A stretch of DNA of 63,784 nucleotides from the NCBI GenBank assembly GCA_030037475.1, contig JASHRH010000167.1, positions 1 to 63,784 on the forward strand, in the 5' to 3' direction. A program made the position numbers and the translations under genes. The notes beneath the pieces were generated by a model. The model was not told the origin of the DNA and did not search any database. It saw only the letters and a program-made list of their open reading frames with translations. Source of the stretch: Acidobacteriaceae bacterium. GTDB lineage: Bacteria; Acidobacteriota; Terriglobia; Terriglobales; Acidobacteriaceae. Shown here piece by piece: positions 18,264 through 25,770 of the stretch (its first letter is position 1; the number at the start of each line of letters is the position of its first letter).

Positions 18264-18923
18264 CTAAAAGTAGAAACTCTTTCCTGGAACTCCAATGATG
18301 GTGCTTCCAGCTTTTACATTGCGAAGCGCGACACTACCGGCACCGATAATCGCAAAGGCGCCGACTCTCACCCCCGGACATACAACTGCGTGACTGCCCA
18401 TGTAAACCCCGCGTTCGAGGTAGGTGTTTCCAGTGATATCGCAGAATGCATTTAACGTACAGCCGTCCTCAAGTATCGAATCGTGTCCAATTCCGACGAA
18501 AGAGTTGAGCGCATTGTGATTGCCGATCTTTGAGTTCGCGCTGAGTCCTGTGGAACGCAAAAGGATGTTTCCTTTTCCCATGGTACTGGTCTCGTATTGC
18601 CAAGATGTTGGATCAATAACATTCGTAAACTGGCCTCCTCGGCTACATATTAGGTCACACAATTTTAGCTTTATTTTGGGTGTACCTACAGCACAGATAA
18701 ATCGATCCTGATCTTGCGGCTGGTAATCCTGAATGCTACTCAAAACCGGCTCGCCATACCCCTTAATGCTCAACTCACGTCGGGCCTGATCGGTATTGTC
18801 ATCTAGAAATCCACCGACGTCCCATAATGAAACGGAATGCCGCTCTATGAGACGCACCGTTCCCAGCACTTCTCTGCCGAATCCTCCGGCCCCAATAATG
18901 AGCAACCGCGGTCGGCTCAACAA
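18264..18923 (-). CDS. NeuD/PglD/PglB-family sugar N-acyltransferase (N-terminal Rossmann-like + left-handed beta-helix)
   Basis: ...RLLIIGAGGFGREVL... is the NeuD-type N-terminal domain. Hexapeptide repeats follow, with ...FVGIGHDSILEDGCTLNAF... carrying a His equivalent to the catalytic His of PglD. TTG start overlaps the upstream SDR stop. Confidence 0.8.
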   Translation of the reverse strand: MLSRPRLLIIGAGGFGREVLGTVRLIERHSVSLWDVGGFLDDNTDQARRELSIKGYGEPVLSSIQDYQPQDQDRFICAVGTPKIKLKLCDLICSRGGQFTNVIDPTSWQYETSTMGKGNILLRSTGLSANSKIGNHNALNSFVGIGHDSILEDGCTLNAFCDITGNTYLERGVYMGSHAVVCPGVRVGAFAIIGAGSVALRNVKAGSTIIGVPGKSFYF

Positions 18924-19675
18924 AGCAGGCCGCCGTCAATCACCAGGTTTGCCCCCGTGATGGCGCGCGCTGCGTTACTCAATAGAAATGCAGCGGCGGT
19001 TGCAATATCCAAGGCGGACGGAAGACCTAGAAAATGCTGACTTATGAGCGTATCTACTGTCTCTCCCAGGTTTCGTCCCCGCTCTGTCATGTTCGTACCC
19101 GATATGTAGGTCGGCGAAAGAGCATTCACCCGGATCCGACGCGCCGCCAGCTCCTTTGTAGCACTCAGGATCATGGCGTTCAGCGCCCCCTTAGAAGCAG
19201 AGTAGACAACGAGTCCCGGATTTCCGAAGATCGATGCGATGGATGACAGCATCACAACTGATGCCCATTCGGAAGAGACAAATTTGCTGCTCATGCCCCG
19301 CATTAGTGCAAACGCGGCATAGAGGTTCGGAACCATGATCTCGTCGATATGGCGCCGGGATATGACCCGCAACGGAGCAGTACTCCCTACGCCAGCGGAG
19401 TGCACTAAGCCATCCAAGGTCGCTCCCGCGCCTGAGCACACTGCTTTCATCCACGCGGGAATCGCATCGATATCAGAGAGATCGAAGGGCGCGATGATAT
19501 GGCTGCTAGATGAGCCCATCATCTGCCGAGTTTCATCCAAAGCTTCCTTCCGGCGGCCGCTGAGAATTACACGCGCTCCCAACTGGTCGAAGAGGATGGA
19601 TGCAGCCCGACCGATACCTGAAGAGGCGCCGGTAACGAGGACGAGCTTGCCTGTAAGGTCCAAGGGGTTATCCAC
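18917..19675 (-). CDS. Short-chain dehydrogenase/reductase, FabG-like 3-oxoacyl reductase
   Basis: Cofactor motif VTGASSGIGRA and catalytic YSASKGAL (Y-x3-K). GTG start overlaps the upstream KAS III stop by 8 nt. Confidence 0.85.
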   Translation of the reverse strand: MDNPLDLTGKLVLVTGASSGIGRAASILFDQLGARVILSGRRKEALDETRQMMGSSSSHIIAPFDLSDIDAIPAWMKAVCSGAGATLDGLVHSAGVGSTAPLRVISRRHIDEIMVPNLYAAFALMRGMSSKFVSSEWASVVMLSSIASIFGNPGLVVYSASKGALNAMILSATKELAARRIRVNALSPTYISGTNMTERGRNLGETVDTLISQHFLGLPSALDIATAAAFLLSNAARAITGANLVIDGGLLC

Positions 19676-20759
19676 TCGCAGGCGCTCCGATCTGGATGAT
19701 TTTGGCTACCTGTAGAGATCGCAGAGTACCTGCCATCGCACCCCAAGAATAGCCAACTCCAAATCCGGCAAGTACAGTCTTTGTCGCAGCCTCTGACTTC
19801 AGACGGGCGGCTACTTCGTCGGCGATCAGAAGGCCGATGGTCGAAACTGATGTGTTTCCGAACTTTGCGATATTTCCCGGCACGCGGTCCAAGGGTAACT
19901 TTAACCGTTTGGCGATTGCTTTGACGATGAAATCATTAGCTTGGTGAAGCAGGTAAAGGTCTACTTCCTCTCTATTCCAAGCGTGCAGTTTCAGGACACC
20001 ATCGATTAACGGTGGAACACGCTGCAGCGCAAAATTGAAGATGGCCAGTCCATCCATGTGAACCTGCATTCGTGTGCGTACATTGCCCTCAGGATCAACG
20101 ATTTTCTCACAGGCTTTCACAGACGCCGGTTCACGAAAGGCGCCCGCCGGCACGATCAGATTGTCGGCTCCGGATCCGTCCGTGCCCAGCAAAAAGGACC
20201 ATTCCTCCGCACTCTCGTCGAACTCAACTGCAGTCGCGGTTCCAGCGTCGCCGAATAGCGCGGCGACACCTCGATCTTCCCACGATGACATCACGCTCGG
20301 CGTATCGCCGGCCAGCAGCAGAAAGCGCCTGCAGGCCCCGGAGGAGATGAAATTCGCGGCGAGGAAAAGACCATAGATATACCCGGAACACCCCATGCCG
20401 ACGTCGAACGCCAGCACATTGTTAGGCAAGCAAAGCTTTTCCTGTGCGATGCAGGCGGTCGCAGGACAAAAGTGATCAGGATTCTGCGTTACCATCACCA
20501 CACCGTCGATTGAAGAGCGCTCCCACACGAGGTCAGTCAGTAGCGCATCGGCTGCTGCTATGGAGAGGTCGCCCGCCGTTTGTCCGGGTTGTACTCGATG
20601 GAGGGTGCGCACGCCTGCACTGGCAGAAAGCTTCTTTAGATCTTCGGCGCTGAAAGGTGAAGGAACATCGCTGATATCGAGCGGAAGGCCGGGAACGGCC
20701 CCAACGACCCCGCGAATAGCGACACCTCTGTATTTGCCGGCTGCCAAAGACTCCTCCAA
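19668..20759 (-). CDS. 3-oxoacyl-ACP synthase III (FabH-like, KAS III) paralog 2
   Basis: Triad contexts are DVGMGCSGYIYG, LLHQAN and FGNTSVSTIG. The apparent TTG start lies 4 nt after the AcpS stop. The exact start is uncertain by a few codons. Confidence 0.8.
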   Translation of the reverse strand: MEESLAAGKYRGVAIRGVVGAVPGLPLDISDVPSPFSAEDLKKLSASAGVRTLHRVQPGQTAGDLSIAAADALLTDLVWERSSIDGVVMVTQNPDHFCPATACIAQEKLCLPNNVLAFDVGMGCSGYIYGLFLAANFISSGACRRFLLLAGDTPSVMSSWEDRGVAALFGDAGTATAVEFDESAEEWSFLLGTDGSGADNLIVPAGAFREPASVKACEKIVDPEGNVRTRMQVHMDGLAIFNFALQRVPPLIDGVLKLHAWNREEVDLYLLHQANDFIVKAIAKRLKLPLDRVPGNIAKFGNTSVSTIGLLIADEVAARLKSEAATKTVLAGFGVGYSWGAMAGTLRSLQVAKIIQIGAPASG

Positions 20760-20763
20760 AAAG

Positions 20764-21144
20764 CTACTGCATCAGCACGACAGCCATCGCAAGCTCGTTC
20801 TCGTGAGTTATCGATGCCGAGAGGCAGGTACAACCCTGCTCCCTAGCAAACTCTTCCATGGTACCCAGTAATCGAACTATGGGTTGACCTTCTCTATTGG
20901 GAAGGCACTCAATTTCAGACAACCGGAACCCATTGTCAATTCCCCTGCCCATTGCCTTCAGCAGGGCTTCCTTAACGGCGAAGCGGCCGGCGAGAAACTC
21001 ACTTCTACGTCGATGAGCCACAAGCTGGTCAGCATGGACCAACTCTGCAGGGGAAAAAATCTTTTCCGCAAATGTCACGGAGCGACTCATCTTTCTCTCC
21101 AGACGTCCCACTTCGACGACATCGATACCAATACGCAAATGCAT
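20764..21144 (-). CDS. acpS: Holo-ACP synthase (AcpS-type 4'-phosphopantetheinyl transferase)
   Basis: 126 aa. MHLRIGIDVVEVGRLERKM..., ...FLAGRFAVKEALLKAMG... and ...SITHENELAMAVVL together form the classic AcpS pattern. Confidence 0.85.
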   Translation of the reverse strand: MHLRIGIDVVEVGRLERKMSRSVTFAEKIFSPAELVHADQLVAHRRRSEFLAGRFAVKEALLKAMGRGIDNGFRLSEIECLPNREGQPIVRLLGTMEEFAREQGCTCLSASITHENELAMAVVLMQ

Positions 21145-21202
21145 TGTGCTCCTAAGAATTCTGTCGATGAAGCGCCCCGATTACGCTTCCATAGTGGGAT
21201 CA

Positions 21203-21832
21203 TTAATCACGGACTGCCCTCTCGGGGTTGAATTCAGGCATACTGACATGATTCCTGTTTGAAATCTCTCGAGCGGCCAAGGCCTTCGGAATGGTGAGCA
21301 GCAGAATCTTCACATCGAGCCAGAAGCTCCAATTGTCAACGTACCAGACGTCCAGTGCGAACTTCTCTTCCCACTCAATAGCGTTCCGGCCGTTAACCTG
21401 GGCCCAGCCGGTCAGGCCCGGCTTCACCAAGAGTCGCCGCGCCTGCGCTGGCGAGTAGCGCGCAACGTATTCTGCGAGTAATGGGCGGGGACCGACAAGA
21501 CTCATTTCTCCGCGCAGCACATTGATGAATTGCGGCAACTCGTCCAGGCTAGTTGCCCGGAGCAACCTCCCAACTCCATGCAGGCGGTCTGCATCGGGCA
21601 GCAGCGCGCCAGTCGCGTTATGCTCATCGGTCATGGTCTTGAATTTCAGAATTGTGAATAATCGCCCGTTCATACCGGGGCGCTCCTGGTAGAAGAATAC
21701 CGGCGTACCCAGCCAGATCCTAACCGTCAAAAACGTGAGCACAAACACCGGCGAAACAATCACTAGCGCGACCGCACTAACGCAGAGGTCTAATACTCGT
21801 TTCGAGGCATTAGCTAGTCTCTTCACCTGCAA
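21203..21832 (-). CDS. Small monotopic phosphoglycosyl transferase (bacterial sugar transferase, PglC/WbaP-C-terminal type), initiating enzyme
   Basis: 209 aa with one N-terminal hydrophobic helix. ...SLDELPQFINVLRGEMSLVGPRP... and ...KPGLTGWAQVNGRN... are the Bac_transf signatures. Confidence 0.9.
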   Translation of the reverse strand: MQVKRLANASKRVLDLCVSAVALVIVSPVFVLTFLTVRIWLGTPVFFYQERPGMNGRLFTILKFKTMTDEHNATGALLPDADRLHGVGRLLRATSLDELPQFINVLRGEMSLVGPRPLLAEYVARYSPAQARRLLVKPGLTGWAQVNGRNAIEWEEKFALDVWYVDNWSFWLDVKILLLTIPKALAAREISNRNHVSMPEFNPERAVRD

Positions 21833-21922
21833 CTCCTTGCCGATATCACATCTCGTGTCGCCAAGTCTGGTTTCGTACCGCCGCCAGCGAAGCAGTTGTC
21901 GCTGGCGAGTAATACCCCTGCT

Positions 21923-23470
21923 CTAGCCGCCCAGCGCCACTTCTGCCTGGCTTGAATGGCGTAACACCTCCTGAATCCAGCGCTGCTGCGCGATGCGCAG
22001 CGATGCCGGCCCAATCTCCTCAGACAGGAATCGTACATTGCTATAGCGCGGATCTTTGTAGTTAGTCACTCTGCCACTCGTTATTGCTCCAAGCACCTGC
22101 TGAACTCCCATTTCCAGCGTCCACTCCGGATGAAACCGAAGGGAACGTCGTATGCGATCGAAATTCACCCTGTAATTTCTTCGATCCACGTCTTTCTCGA
22201 AGAACTGCAGTTCAGCGTCCGGCACCATGCTCTGAATGAGTCGGCCAACGTCCCCAAGAGTGTAATTTTGCTCATCTGAACCAACATTGAATATAGTTTC
22301 AGCGACAGCACCGTCCGAGGCGCGGCACGCCAGGTATACAGCCAAAGCCGCATCGTTCACATGTAGGAACGGCCGCCATTGGTCACTTCCATAAACTGTT
22401 ATCAGACCGTCCACAATCGCCTTGGCGGAGAGCAGATTCACGACTAGGTCAAAACGGGTGCGCCCGGAGAGACCATAGATGGTTCCGAATCGCAAAATTA
22501 CCGGCTGGAAATCTGTGCTCATCATGGCCAGCAACATGTTCTCGCAGGCGATCTTGCTGCGAGCATAAAGTGAGACCGGATTTAGTTTCGATTTTTCGTC
22601 CAAGTACTCGTCGCTGGCGCCATAGACGGAGCATGTGCTCGCGAAGATAAACCGTTTGATCCCTTGCCCTTTCGTAACTTCGGCGATCATACGCGTAGCC
22701 AGCAGGTTGGTTTCAACCGTGAGTTCTTCATCCAGCGCGCAGGCGGGGTCACCTACTATAGCACCCAAATGAACGACCGCGTTGATACCCTGCATCGCCT
22801 GCACAACCACATCGACACGGCGGAAATCCGCCTTTACGATTTGCAGATTCGGATGGTTGATCCACTCTTGGATGGGCTCGCTCCCATAAAGGAAGACATC
22901 GAGAAGCCGAACCACGTAGTTACTGTTTAGAAGACGCGGCAGCAAGCTGGAACCGATGTAACCAGCACCACCGATCAGAAGGATGGTTTTCGAAGGCGTG
23001 GAGAGAGAGAAGTTGGTTTCAGAAGTTGCACCGCTCATTTCGATCCGGTTAACATGCCCCCAGACGACAGCCCACAGACGCGCTAGAAGCAGGCCCGCCG
23101 CTGTCAGGCCCCAAGACAGCACAAGAGCCGGCCTGCCGATTCGACCGACCCAGGGAATCACAAATTCGGCGAATCCAAACAAGAGGAACGCAAGCGCAGA
23201 CGCCTGAAGCACAACTAAAGCCTTATAGTGGCTGGCATATGCTCGTCCCCGCGTATAGAAGCCCATGAGAGCAAAAACAGCAATTCCAATGATGGAAAGC
23301 GCCCAGAAACTGCCTAGAAATGGTCTGAGAATCGTGTTACTGGGGCGTCCGACGAGCAAGATGAAGCAATTGTTCAACAGGAGAGCACTGAAAAGCGCTG
23401 CATTCACGATCACGAGATCGGCCAACACTCGTACGGCTGCATTCTTGGGCACAATAGTCTTCCGCGCCAT
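21923..23470 (-). CDS. Membrane-anchored NAD-dependent nucleotide-sugar epimerase/dehydratase (extended SDR)
   Basis: About 160 aa of N-terminal hydrophobic helices (VRVLADLVIVNAALFSALLL...) resemble the CapD/PglF/WbpM anchor. They are followed by ILLIGGAGYIGSSL (Rossmann) and ...ASTCSVYG...SLYARSKIACE (S/T-Y-x3-K), a GalE-like catalytic core. Confidence 0.75.
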   Translation of the reverse strand: MARKTIVPKNAAVRVLADLVIVNAALFSALLLNNCFILLVGRPSNTILRPFLGSFWALSIIGIAVFALMGFYTRGRAYASHYKALVVLQASALAFLLFGFAEFVIPWVGRIGRPALVLSWGLTAAGLLLARLWAVVWGHVNRIEMSGATSETNFSLSTPSKTILLIGGAGYIGSSLLPRLLNSNYVVRLLDVFLYGSEPIQEWINHPNLQIVKADFRRVDVVVQAMQGINAVVHLGAIVGDPACALDEELTVETNLLATRMIAEVTKGQGIKRFIFASTCSVYGASDEYLDEKSKLNPVSLYARSKIACENMLLAMMSTDFQPVILRFGTIYGLSGRTRFDLVVNLLSAKAIVDGLITVYGSDQWRPFLHVNDAALAVYLACRASDGAVAETIFNVGSDEQNYTLGDVGRLIQSMVPDAELQFFEKDVDRRNYRVNFDRIRRSLRFHPEWTLEMGVQQVLGAITSGRVTNYKDPRYSNVRFLSEEIGPASLRIAQQRWIQEVLRHSSQAEVALGG

Positions 23471-23593
23471 CTTACACCTCTAGCTAACCTACGGATTACA
23501 GCTAATTGGTTTGCATAAACCGGTGAGACTTCCTGGGCTGGATTCAAAACATCCGAAAGCAGAACGGACAGGACCAGCAGAACAAAGCGCCGT

Positions 23594-24946
23594 TCAGCAG
23601 CGAACAATATTGCTCGACCTGATTCCCCTCATCGCGTTACGGGTGTCCACCACCAAGCGAGCGTCCCGGGCGATTCGACCGTAATCGTAAGTAGAATGGT
23701 CAGTGACAACCAGAACGCAATCATAACGGTGCAGATCGTCGAGCGCGGCACGAACCATGTTCAAGTCGTAATGGCGTCCTCGGCCGACATGCGGGAAATA
23801 CGGGTCGTGATAGGAGACGGCGGCGCCGTATTGCCGCAGCAGTTCGATGATGATCAGCGAGGGCGACTCACGCAGGTCGTCGATATCCCTCTTGTAAGCC
23901 ACCCCAAGTATCAAGATCTCGGAGCCTTTCAGCGGCTTGTTCCGAGCGTTCAAAGCCTCAGCTGTTTTCTCGACAACGTAATACGGCATCTGGACGTTTA
24001 CCTCGCCGGCCAACTCGATGAATTTCGTGCGAAAGTCGTACTGCTTCGCTTTCCAAGAGAGATAAAAAGGGTCAACGGGTATACAATGACCGCCCAAGCC
24101 CGGGCCAGGGTAGAACGCCTGGAACCCGAAAGGTTTGGTCTTCGCTGCTTCGATTACCTCAAAGACGTCAATCCCCATGCGATGGCAGAGTTGCTTGAGC
24201 TCGTTCACCAAAGCAATGTTGACGCACCGATAGATGTTCTCGAGCAACTTGGTCATTTCCGCCGCCGCCGGCGAGGACACTGGAACCGTGCGGTTGAAAA
24301 TGCTGCCGTAGAGCGCCTGAGCCAACTCGCTCGAAACTGGACCGACGCCGCCGACAACCTTCGGAATGTCACACCGCTCTACGGTGTCGTTGCTCGGATC
24401 TTCGCGCTCCGGCGAAAACGCCACATAAAAGCCTGCCGGTCCATCACCGGCAGGCCGCTCCGCCCGCAGAGCTCCGTGATTCCCTGCTTCGAGCAGTGGA
24501 ATCAATACCTCTTCGGTCGTGCCCGGATAGGTTGTGCTCTCAAGCACCACAAGCTGGCCTTCCCGCAGGTGCGGCGCGATCGCCTGTGCTGTATCCCTGA
24601 TGTAGCTCAGGTCGGGCTGATGAAACTCGTCGAGTGGCGTAGGAACACAGATGATCAACACGTCCAGTTCTTCTATCAATGCAAAGTCTGTCGTAGATGA
24701 GAATCCATGTTGGCGCGCCCACTGAATTTCTTCAGCCCCTATCCGGACGATGTAGGATCTGCCTAAGTTCAGGCTTTCCACCTTCTTTTCGTCAATATCG
24801 AAGCCGATAACGGGAAACTGCTGTCCACTGAAAAGTAGCGCAAGCGGCAGGCCGACATACCCCATACCGAATATCCCGAGGCGCGCGGTTCGCGCATCAA
24901 TTTTTCCCCGAATCCGACGCAAATTGCTCACAGAAATCGTAGTCAT
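23594..24946 (-). CDS. Nucleotide-sugar 6-dehydrogenase (UDP-glucose/GDP-mannose dehydrogenase family; WbpA/WecC/Cap5O-like)
   Basis: ...LGIFGMGYVGLPLALLF... is the NAD-binding site. ...GPGLGGHCIPVDPFYL... contains the catalytic Cys. Start set at MTTISV (24946), preceded by AGGGGTAACA. The longest ORF starts at 25012. Confidence 0.9.
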   Translation of the reverse strand: MTTISVSNLRRIRGKIDARTARLGIFGMGYVGLPLALLFSGQQFPVIGFDIDEKKVESLNLGRSYIVRIGAEEIQWARQHGFSSTTDFALIEELDVLIICVPTPLDEFHQPDLSYIRDTAQAIAPHLREGQLVVLESTTYPGTTEEVLIPLLEAGNHGALRAERPAGDGPAGFYVAFSPEREDPSNDTVERCDIPKVVGGVGPVSSELAQALYGSIFNRTVPVSSPAAAEMTKLLENIYRCVNIALVNELKQLCHRMGIDVFEVIEAAKTKPFGFQAFYPGPGLGGHCIPVDPFYLSWKAKQYDFRTKFIELAGEVNVQMPYYVVEKTAEALNARNKPLKGSEILILGVAYKRDIDDLRESPSLIIIELLRQYGAAVSYHDPYFPHVGRGRHYDLNMVRAALDDLHRYDCVLVVTDHSTYDYGRIARDARLVVDTRNAMRGIRSSNIVRC

Positions 24947-25044
24947 TGTTACCCCTGTTCTTCTGAAGATCCTGACCAACCTCGCCGAACCAGATTCGCC
25001 GTATTGCCCCACTTCCCTTTGAACGAGATCTCTCTGTGTCGTTT

Positions 25045-25647
25045 CTAGGCTGAAATCATCGATGACTCACTAGGATGTTGCAGACATGAGAGCAGCGTGA
25101 TCGGCTCCCCGAGCAAACGCTCCATTGACGATTCAAATGCCACTATCGCAGCGACCAATAGAACCATATCTCTCAAGGAGGAAAACGGTAGGTCATCGCC
25201 ACCAATGTGAGGCTGCAGATGACCTGCAAGCAAGTCAGTGAATTCCAGAACCTTGCTCCTCAGGACCGGCACCATAGCCGGCGACATTTCAAGTGCACCG
25301 AATTGAATCAGACGCAGTAACTCGCGCTTTGGTTCAAGAGCTTCCCAAATGAACTTCCATCCATGCCCAATCGCGTCGACTCTGGTCGACGCCGACCTCA
25401 GTCGGGCAAGTATCTCTTCCGAAACCTCTATGGATTCCAAACCCGATTCGATTACTGCGCAGTACAACCCGTGCTTGGAGCCATAGCGGCGGTAGATCGT
25501 CACTTCATTCACCTGAGCTTCACAGGCGATTTGCCGCGTTTTGGTTCCGCGATATCCAAATCGCGCAAAGAGTCCCGTCGCCGCGTTCAGGATTCGCCTT
25601 TCCAGCTCGCTCTGCTCTGCGAGTTTGGCGCGCTTCATGAAATACAT
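25045..25647 (-). CDS. TetR/AcrR-family transcriptional regulator
   Basis: N-terminal HTH: ...RILNAATGLFARFGYRGTKTRQIACEAQVNEVTIYRRYGSKHGLY... It is the first gene at the 5' end of the minus-strand polysaccharide block. Confidence 0.85.
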   Translation of the reverse strand: MYFMKRAKLAEQSELERRILNAATGLFARFGYRGTKTRQIACEAQVNEVTIYRRYGSKHGLYCAVIESGLESIEVSEEILARLRSASTRVDAIGHGWKFIWEALEPKRELLRLIQFGALEMSPAMVPVLRSKVLEFTDLLAGHLQPHIGGDDLPFSSLRDMVLLVAAIVAFESSMERLLGEPITLLSCLQHPSESSMISA

Positions 25648-25753
25648 AATGCAGACCTAACCTCTATCAAAGTCGACACCATGTGTGCTGTACCACTATT
25701 TGTCAACGAGAGGACATAAGCAAGGCTTCGCCATGCTTACCTGGATGAAGGTT

Positions 25754-25770
25754 TTCCACAATCTGTGGAA
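25754..25770. promoter_or_regulatory. Perfect 7-3-7 palindrome TTCCACA-ATC-TGTGGAA, candidate operator (TetR?)
   Basis: Read directly from the sequence. It lies about 107 nt upstream of the TetR start on the transcribed (minus) strand. A further CCACAGG half-site-like copy follows at 25772-25778, and a TTGACA hexamer (minus strand) sits at 25701-25706. Confidence 0.35.

Noticed and set aside
23696-24700. 334-aa plus-strand ORF
   Set aside because: It lies antisense to the nucleotide-sugar dehydrogenase gene, whose NAD-binding and catalytic-Cys motifs are clear. The composition is Arg/Val-rich with no motifs.
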